Shown one piece after another: positions 35,925 to 42,597 of a stretch of 42,597 nt of DNA; the stretch's first letter is position 1, and each line of letters begins with the position of its first letter. Made by a program: the position numbers and the translations under genes. The stretch comes from a candidate division WOR-3 bacterium (GTDB lineage Bacteria > Hydrothermota > Tepidihabitantia > SM23-42 > JAOAFX01): the NCBI GenBank assembly GCA_037444665.1, contig JBBILZ010000019.1, positions 1 through 42,597 of the forward strand, given 5' to 3'. A model generated the notes under the pieces. That model was not told where the DNA came from and made no database searches. It saw nothing but the letters and a program-made list of their open reading frames with translations.

Positions 35925-35987
35925 TGTCGGATTTTGCAGAATTTTGCTGGATTACAATCACTATATTTTTATAAATTAGGGGGTAAA

Positions 35988-36767
35988 ATGGGCTACAAAT
36001 ATATAATTGTTGAGATAGCAGAAAAGATTGCTATCTTAAAGGTTAATAGACCAGATGTTTTGAATGCAGTAAATGTAGAGGCAATCCTGGAGATTGAATC
36101 AGCAATGCACGAATTGAATGAAAATAAGGATGTTCGGGTTGTGATAATAACTGGCGAAGGCAAATCGTTCGTTTCTGGCTCAGATATTTCAAGGCTTGCC
36201 CAGATGGATGCGCTTGCGGCACGGGAGTATAGCCAGATAGGCCAGAGGGTTCTGTTTTTTATTGAAAATATGGAAAAACCAGTAATCGCCGCAGTGAATG
36301 GATATGCACTCGGTTCTGGTTGTGAGATTGCGATGGCGTGTGATATCAGGATTGCTTCGGAAAAGGCAAAGTTTGGACAGCCTGAGGTTAAATTAGGTTT
36401 AATACCTGGACATGCAGGCACACAGAGATTGGCAAGGCTCGTAGGCATTGGAAGGGCAAAAGAACTGATTTTCACGGGTGATTTGATTGATGCCCAGGAG
36501 GCAATGAGAATTGGTCTGGTGAATAAGGTTGTGCCCTCAGAAAATTTACTTGAAGAGGCAAAGAATCTTGCAAAGAAGGTCATTGAAAATGCGGGTCCTA
36601 ATGCAGTAAAGATTGCCAAAACTGTTTTAAATAGAGGTATTGATGCAAATCTCTTTACTGCCTGTTCTTATGAGATGGAAGCATTCAGTATTCTTTTTTC
36701 TACTGAAGAGGCAAAAGAAGGAATGAAGGCATTCTTAGAAAAGAGGAAGCCGAACTGGGGCTTGTAA
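35988..36767 (+). CDS. Enoyl-CoA hydratase / crotonase family protein
   Basis: NRP..LNA, F.SGSDI, KPVIAAVNGYALG.GCE.AM.CD.R, GQPEVKLG.IPG..GTQRL. Confidence 0.92.
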   Translation: MGYKYIIVEIAEKIAILKVNRPDVLNAVNVEAILEIESAMHELNENKDVRVVIITGEGKSFVSGSDISRLAQMDALAAREYSQIGQRVLFFIENMEKPVIAAVNGYALGSGCEIAMACDIRIASEKAKFGQPEVKLGLIPGHAGTQRLARLVGIGRAKELIFTGDLIDAQEAMRIGLVNKVVPSENLLEEAKNLAKKVIENAGPNAVKIAKTVLNRGIDANLFTACSYEMEAFSILFSTEEAKEGMKAFLEKRKPNWGL

Positions 36768-36803
36768 ATAATTGAAGATAAGGGGATAGGGGGATGGGTA
36801 GGG

Positions 36804-36828
36804 AGTAGGTAGTAGGTAGTAGGTAGTA
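36804..36828. repeat. Heptamer tandem repeat (AGTAGGT)x3
   Basis: AGTAGGT AGTAGGT AGTAGGT AGTA after a G-rich tract. Confidence 0.8.
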
Positions 36829-36835
36829 TTTACTC

Positions 36836-36863
36836 TTGACAATTGGCATAATAAGAGTATAAT
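36836..36863 (+). promoter_or_regulatory. Sigma70-type promoter
   Basis: TTGACA-16 bp-TATAAT. Confidence 0.8.
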
Positions 36864-37033
36864 ATATATAGTAGTCTGTAATAAATGAACTGCTGAAAAT
36901 TTATACATATAACATTAGAATAGAGAATTATGCCCCGCTATTCTGGTGTTTATAAAATTTTTGCTTTTGAACTGAGCTATAAGGGGGTATTTTGCGGGGC
37001 AGAGATAATATATATAACGGGCAGGAGTTTAAG

Positions 37034-40000
37034 ATGATACAATCTCTTGCAGAGGGCATAATTGAAACGACAGACCAGCCGATTTTAGTGCTGGATGGTG
37101 ATTTACGGGTCGTCGCAGCCAATAGCGCATTTTGTAATTTATTTAAGACCAATCCAGCCGAGACCATAACTAAATTTATTTATGAACTGGGCAATCGGCA
37201 GTGGGATATCCCAGAATTACACAACCTTTTAAAAAAAGTTATTCCTGAAAAGATAGTTGTTGAAAATTATATTGTCAAACATAAATTCCCCAATATTGGT
37301 GAAAAGGTAATGTCCATCAGGGCAAAGTTTGTCCAGTCTCCTGACCCCAATCTCAAATTGATTCTTTTAACAATCCAGGATATCACTGAACAGAAAAGAT
37401 TAGAAGAAACCTTAAAAACAAGGATTTCAGAATGGCAAAAGATATTTGACTCAACCCTTGATGCAATATTTGTGCTCAGTGCAGACCAGAAAATTATAAA
37501 GGTAAATGAATCTGCACTTGAACTCTTCGGGATAAAGGCACAGGATGTCTTAGGAAAACATTGCTGGGAGGTCGTCCATTCTACGGATAAGCCAGTCTCT
37601 ATGTGTCCATTTTTGAAGATGGTAAAATCTTTACACAGGGAATATATGGAGATGCCTGTGGGTAATATGGTCTTTGAAGTGACGGTAGACCCCATCTTTG
37701 ATAAATATAATACCTTTATCGGTGCAATCCATATTATCCGGGACATAACTGCACTTAAACAGATTGAAAAACAACTATCTGCAAGTGAAGAGAAATACCG
37801 ATTGATAACCGAGCATTTACCAGATATGGTGGTGATACATTCAGGAGAAAGGATTCTTTACGCAAACAATGCAGTTTTAAAGATGCTGGGTCTGGAATCA
37901 TTTGACCAGATAAAGGATATACCCATAATAAACTTTGTCCATCCTGATTATCGTGATGCGGTTCAAGAAAGAATTAAAAGAATGCTCGTAAATAAAGAGA
38001 TTGCCGAGCCACTGGAAGAGAAGTTCATCAAACCGAATGGCGAGATTATAGATGTTGAGGTAAGGGGTGTACCCATAGAATTTGAAGGTAAACCTGCAAT
38101 CCAGCTCATTATCAGGGATATTACTGAGCGCAAAAAAACTGAAGAAGCAATCAAAAAAAGTGAGATTCGTTATCGGACAATCTTTGAAACTGCGCGCGAC
38201 GCCATCTTTGTTATGGAACAGGACCGTTTTATTGACTGTAATCAGACTGCAATGAAATTATTCAGGGCAGAATATAAACAATTAATAGGAAGAACACCAT
38301 ATGAAGAGTTTTCACCACCTTTACAACCAGATGGACGGGAATCAAAAGAAAAGGCACTTGAGAAAATAAACATTGCCTATAAAGGAATTTCACAGTTCTT
38401 TGAATGGCAACACAAGACACTTGATGGAAGCCTTTTTGATGCTGAAGTCAGTTTGAATAGGTTTGAAATAAATGGCAAAAGTTATCTTCTGGCAATCGTA
38501 CGGGATATTACTGAGCGCAAGATGGCAGAAATGGCGTTAAAAGAGAATGAAGAAAGGTTTAGGTTGATTGCGGAGAATGTCGGTGATGTGATAATAACCC
38601 TGAGTATGTCAATGAATATAACCTATGCAAGCCCATCAATGCAAAAATTAACAGGTTATACAAATACCGAGAGTATTGGAGAGAATGTTTATAAATTTAT
38701 GCCTTCTGAATCAGTAAATAAGATTCAAAAAATAATCGCTGAAGAGATGCTCTTAGAACAAAAGGGCGTTCCACTTGATAGAATCAGGAGCCTTGAACTC
38801 CAGATATACCATAAAGATGGCTCTTTAATCTGGATTGAATTGACAGGCACATTTTTGCGTGATAGTAAAGGTAGACCTACAGGTATCTTAATCATCTTTC
38901 ATGATATCTCAGAGCGTAAACAACGAGAAGAGGAGACAGCAAGAAAATTAAATGAACTTGAATCGCTCCTGAAGATTTCTACCTCTTTGCGCAAAGCCCA
39001 TACTGAGAATGAGATATTACCTATCTTTCTTGATGAGGTACTGGTTCTATTAAATTGTGAGGCAGGGGCAATTGTTTTGTATCAAGAAGCGATGGATGCA
39101 CTCAAGATTAGCCACGCCCGTGGCTGGGCAAAAGAATTACTTGGTTATACACTTAAACCAACAGAAGGGATTGCAGGTAAGGTCTTTACCAGTGGCGGCG
39201 TCTATGTGAGCCGTGATTTAAGCAAGGACCCCAATGTGGCACCGGCAGCCCGTTCATTTATAAAAGAGAATTGGGGATGTATTGGCGTTCCCATCCAATC
39301 TGAAGATATTGCCCTGGGTGTCTTTTTTGCCTTTGCTCCATCTAACCGTGAATTTACCAATGAAGAGGTTAAACTCGTTAATTCTCTCTCAGAGATGTTA
39401 GGGATTGCTATACATCGTGTAAGACTCTATCAAGATGCAAGAAAGCAGATTGAACGTCTTCAGACAATGCAGACTATTGACCGTGCGATATTGGGTAGTA
39501 TGGATAGGAATGTTATGTTCAGTATCTTCTTGAAAGAGATCACTACCCAGCTTAATATTCCGGCAGCGGGTGTATTGCTCTTTGACCCAACCGGGCTCAC
39601 ACTCCTTTATGAGGCAGATTATGGATTTAAGACTGACATCTATAAAAAGACAAGATTGAAACTTGGCGAAGGTTTTGCAGGTAAGGCAGGTCTTGAAAGG
39701 AAGAGATTGTATATCTCGGACATCAGGGAATCAAAGGATGTCACGCCACCAAGGATTATGCTTGAAGAAGGTTTTGTTTCATATGTGGGTCAACCATTCA
39801 CAGCAAAAGGTCAATTGATTGGAGTCCTTGAGATATTTAATAAAGAACCTATCAAACCGGATTCAGAATGGTTCAATTATCTTGAGACCATTGTCCAGCA
39901 GATTGCAATAGCAGTTGATAATGTCAAATTATTTGAGAATCTCCAGAAGACCAAGACCGAACTCTTACTTGCCTATGAATCCACGATTGAAGGCTGGTCA

Positions 40001-40531
40001 TATGCAATGGATTTGAGGGATAAAGAGACTGAGGGCCATAGTCAGCGTGTGACTGAAATAACTTTAAGATTGGCACAGGAACTGGGTATAAAAGAACAGG
40101 ATTTGATACAGGTTAAGCGTGGTGCTCTACTCCATGATATTGGCAAGTTAGGCGTGCCTGATGCAATATTATTCAAGCCAGACAAGTTGAGCGAAGAAGA
40201 ATGGGCAATAATGCGTAAACATCCGGTCTATGCCTATGAGATGCTTATTCGCATAGATTATTTGAAACCAGCCATAGATATTCCATATTGCCATCATGAA
40301 CGATGGGATGGTTCTGGCTATCCCAGGGGCTTAAAAGGAGAAGAGATTCCTTTATCTGCGCGTATCTTTGCGATTGCTGATACCTATGACGCATTGAGCA
40401 GTGACCGTCCTTATCGTAGTGCCTGGCAAAGAGAGAAGATTATTGAATATATCAAAGAACAAAGAGAAAAGAGTTTTGACCCCAAGGTTGTGGATGCATT
40501 TTTAAGAATCTATGCGAGCGATTTTCTATAA
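37034..40531 (+). CDS. Multi-PAS, GAF-GAF, HD-GYP cyclic dinucleotide phosphodiesterase
   Basis: Five PAS/PAC units (ending DIT/DIS), two GAF-like regions, HS.RV, LLHDIGK, HHERWDGSGYP; AGGAG RBS at 37023. Confidence 0.93.
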   Translation: MIQSLAEGIIETTDQPILVLDGDLRVVAANSAFCNLFKTNPAETITKFIYELGNRQWDIPELHNLLKKVIPEKIVVENYIVKHKFPNIGEKVMSIRAKFVQSPDPNLKLILLTIQDITEQKRLEETLKTRISEWQKIFDSTLDAIFVLSADQKIIKVNESALELFGIKAQDVLGKHCWEVVHSTDKPVSMCPFLKMVKSLHREYMEMPVGNMVFEVTVDPIFDKYNTFIGAIHIIRDITALKQIEKQLSASEEKYRLITEHLPDMVVIHSGERILYANNAVLKMLGLESFDQIKDIPIINFVHPDYRDAVQERIKRMLVNKEIAEPLEEKFIKPNGEIIDVEVRGVPIEFEGKPAIQLIIRDITERKKTEEAIKKSEIRYRTIFETARDAIFVMEQDRFIDCNQTAMKLFRAEYKQLIGRTPYEEFSPPLQPDGRESKEKALEKINIAYKGISQFFEWQHKTLDGSLFDAEVSLNRFEINGKSYLLAIVRDITERKMAEMALKENEERFRLIAENVGDVIITLSMSMNITYASPSMQKLTGYTNTESIGENVYKFMPSESVNKIQKIIAEEMLLEQKGVPLDRIRSLELQIYHKDGSLIWIELTGTFLRDSKGRPTGILIIFHDISERKQREEETARKLNELESLLKISTSLRKAHTENEILPIFLDEVLVLLNCEAGAIVLYQEAMDALKISHARGWAKELLGYTLKPTEGIAGKVFTSGGVYVSRDLSKDPNVAPAARSFIKENWGCIGVPIQSEDIALGVFFAFAPSNREFTNEEVKLVNSLSEMLGIAIHRVRLYQDARKQIERLQTMQTIDRAILGSMDRNVMFSIFLKEITTQLNIPAAGVLLFDPTGLTLLYEADYGFKTDIYKKTRLKLGEGFAGKAGLERKRLYISDIRESKDVTPPRIMLEEGFVSYVGQPFTAKGQLIGVLEIFNKEPIKPDSEWFNYLETIVQQIAIAVDNVKLFENLQKTKTELLLAYESTIEGWSYAMDLRDKETEGHSQRVTEITLRLAQELGIKEQDLIQVKRGALLHDIGKLGVPDAILFKPDKLSEEEWAIMRKHPVYAYEMLIRIDYLKPAIDIPYCHHERWDGSGYPRGLKGEEIPLSARIFAIADTYDALSSDRPYRSAWQREKIIEYIKEQREKSFDPKVVDAFLRIYASDFL

Positions 40532-40603
40532 AAACTACAACAACTACCATTTTGAAACAAAGAAGATATAGTAGCGGTTTGATTTATCAAACAATAATGC
40601 TCT

Positions 40604-41524
40604 ATGGGTAAGATCAGCCGGAGAGATTTTTTAAAAGCTGGTGCTGGTATTGTTGCGTCAATATTTTTACCCCGGTATTTTACTGGTTCTGAGGTGAAAT
40701 CGGATAAGGGTCCGTTTATCGGTGTTGCCCAAGGTAATAAAGCAAAACTCGTAACAGGTGCGATTGAGCAGATTGGTGGTATTGAGCGATTTGTAAAAAG
40801 CGGGAATAGAGTTCTTATCAAACCAAATATCTCTTTTGCTGCGAATGCTGAATGTGGTGCAACCACGAGTGCTGAAATTGTAAAACAGATTGTGCAATTA
40901 TGTTTGAATGCAGGTGCGGTCAAGGTTATTATTGTTGACTATCCCCTTGCGAACACAGAAATCTGTATTGAAAAGACTGGTATAAAAGAAGCGCTGGTTG
41001 ATAAGACAAAGGTTAATATCTTGATGCTCAGTAAAGAACGACAATTTTATGAAGTTGAAGTTCCTGGTGGAAAGGCATTGAAGACCGTGAAGATTGCTAA
41101 AGAGTTGAATAATGTTGATGTAGTAATTAATGTGCCGACTGCTAAATCCCATTCTGCCACAGGTGTGAGTTTGGGAATGAAAAACCTGATGGGCCTTATC
41201 TGGGATAGAAATATATTTCATCGTGGTAATTTACATCAGTCAATTGCTGAACTTGCTACAGTAGTTAAACCTCATCTTACAATTGTTGATGCAACAAGGG
41301 CATTGACCAGTGGTGGTCCTGGAGGACCAGGAAAGACTGTGATACTCAATACGGTAATTGCCGGAACTGATATTGTGGCAGTAGATTCTTATACTACAGG
41401 TATCACACAATGGTACAACAAATCATTTACTGGAAGAAATGTCAAACACATCGTTGCTGGTTATGAACTTGGCTTGGGCGAGATAGATACAGAAAAGATG
41501 CAGATTAAAAAGGTTGAGGTTTAG
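40604..41524 (+). CDS. Tat-exported DUF362 family protein
   Basis: SRRDFLK twin-arginine signal; VLIKPN, INVP.AK.H, SLGMKNLMG, D.VAVD. Confidence 0.88.
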   Translation: MGKISRRDFLKAGAGIVASIFLPRYFTGSEVKSDKGPFIGVAQGNKAKLVTGAIEQIGGIERFVKSGNRVLIKPNISFAANAECGATTSAEIVKQIVQLCLNAGAVKVIIVDYPLANTEICIEKTGIKEALVDKTKVNILMLSKERQFYEVEVPGGKALKTVKIAKELNNVDVVINVPTAKSHSATGVSLGMKNLMGLIWDRNIFHRGNLHQSIAELATVVKPHLTIVDATRALTSGGPGGPGKTVILNTVIAGTDIVAVDSYTTGITQWYNKSFTGRNVKHIVAGYELGLGEIDTEKMQIKKVEV

Positions 41525-41538
41525 CCGATATAGAATAA

Positions 41539-42597
41539 ATGCCCTTTAAATTACACCGTTTAATAAGGACTATTATCCAGATAATATTTTTGCTATTTTT
41601 CATTTTTCTTTTTTTAAGGACATCTTATGGTGTCAAAATTGATATTCAGAATACTTTTTATAGGTTTAATCCACTGTTATTCATAACTTTAAGTATTGCT
41701 TCTCGTGCTTTTGTTTCTGGTATGCTACTTTCTGTAATACTAATAATCTTGACTTTGCTCCTGGGACGGATTTTTTGTGGATTTATCTGCCCACTTGGAA
41801 CAGTGATTGATCTATTTGATGGTTTTATAATTAAAATCAGAACTCAATTCCATAAAGATAATCTTCAGAACAGATGGTTTATAATAACAAAATCCACAAA
41901 ATATATTGTCCTTTTATTTATAATTGTTTCAGCGCTATTTGGTACATCCTTTGTTCACTTTTTTGACCCGCTCGTCATCTTTGAACGCTTTTTGACATTC
42001 GTGATGCTACCTGTAGTAACATATTTTGCAGGCTCTTTTTCTAATATAAAACTCTTTTTTGCTAATGAAACCATATTTGTTTTGTTATATGTTATCGGCA
42101 TCCTGGGCTCTGGCATTTTTGTATCAAGATTCTGGTGCCAATATCTTTGCCCCCTGGGTGGATTGCTGTCAATACTTTCTAAAATCGCCATCTTTAAATT
42201 TCTATTTACTAAGGATTGTTCCAGATGTTCACTGTGCAGGAAAATTTGTCCGACCGATGCGATAAGTCTAAAAACAAATAATATAGATGCAGGCGAATGT
42301 ATTACTTGTTTTCGTTGTCAATATGAGTGTCCGGACAGGGTTATAAAATACAAAATGGGATTAAAATTGAATAATTTTAATATTCGGCGCAGGCATTTTA
42401 TTACTGCTACGGGAATGGCGCTCATTGCTGTACCACTGGTGCGCATTAATATCCATCAAAAAAACAATGGTAGATTAATTCGTCCACCAGGGGCAATCCC
42501 GGAACTGGATTTTTTAAATACCTGTATCCATTGTGGAAAATGTATAAAGATATGTCCAACAAATGGTTTACAACCCTGTTTACTTGAATCTGGTATC
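41539..42597 (+). CDS. Membrane 4Fe-4S binding protein (NapH/MauN-like with ferredoxin domains), truncated at the window end
   Basis: Own translation MPFKLHRL...GRIFCGFICPLG...RFWCQYLCPLG...CSRCSLCRKICP...RPPGA...CIHCGKCIKICP; no stop before 42597. Confidence 0.88.
   Translation, partial: MPFKLHRLIRTIIQIIFLLFFIFLFLRTSYGVKIDIQNTFYRFNPLLFITLSIASRAFVSGMLLSVILIILTLLLGRIFCGFICPLGTVIDLFDGFIIKIRTQFHKDNLQNRWFIITKSTKYIVLLFIIVSALFGTSFVHFFDPLVIFERFLTFVMLPVVTYFAGSFSNIKLFFANETIFVLLYVIGILGSGIFVSRFWCQYLCPLGGLLSILSKIAIFKFLFTKDCSRCSLCRKICPTDAISLKTNNIDAGECITCFRCQYECPDRVIKYKMGLKLNNFNIRRRHFITATGMALIAVPLVRINIHQKNNGRLIRPPGAIPELDFLNTCIHCGKCIKICPTNGLQPCLLESGI

Noticed and set aside
35993..36619. Long antisense ORFs (this one, 12604-13095, 37267-37746 and others)
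   Set aside because: They are shadows of well-supported genes on the opposite strand with no recognisable motifs.

Overview
AT-rich bacterial chromosome segment; the lineage cannot be established from this window. The first ~9.1 kb is an accessory polymorphic-toxin array. It holds four orphan Rhs C-terminal toxin genes (two HExxH zincin-like, one Cys-His-Asp papain/transglutaminase-like, one Gly-rich unknown), each followed by a putative immunity gene. These alternate with promoter-bearing toxin-antitoxin-like pairs: DUF433/DUF5615 twice (the second apparently decayed) and a small ORF plus a minimal nucleotidyltransferase. Near-identical Rhs-core DNA repeats start three of the four toxin cassettes, and the window begins inside one of them. 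The remaining ~33 kb is mostly housekeeping: folC, a HAMP-PAS sensor without an output domain, nadC, uvrB, a catalytically degenerate GH13 protein, ddl, a D-cysteine desulfhydrase-like gene, CCA-adding enzyme, parA/parB, dapA/dapB, a citryl-CoA lyase-like gene with a LeuC/LeuD-type hydratase, DUF366, queE, an fprA/flavin reductase/trxA/NifU redox operon, an L,D-transpeptidase-family gene, two DUF4139/4140 paralogs, enoyl-CoA hydratase, a PAS-GAF-HD-GYP protein, DUF362 and a partial polyferredoxin. Intergenic DNA carries at least four families of small palindromic or heptamer repeats, including nested insertions, an in-frame insertion in folC, and a duplicated element with a GIY-YIG-like N-terminal remnant. 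The sigma70-like promoters found by eye mostly have 16-bp spacers, and several appear to give leaderless mRNAs.
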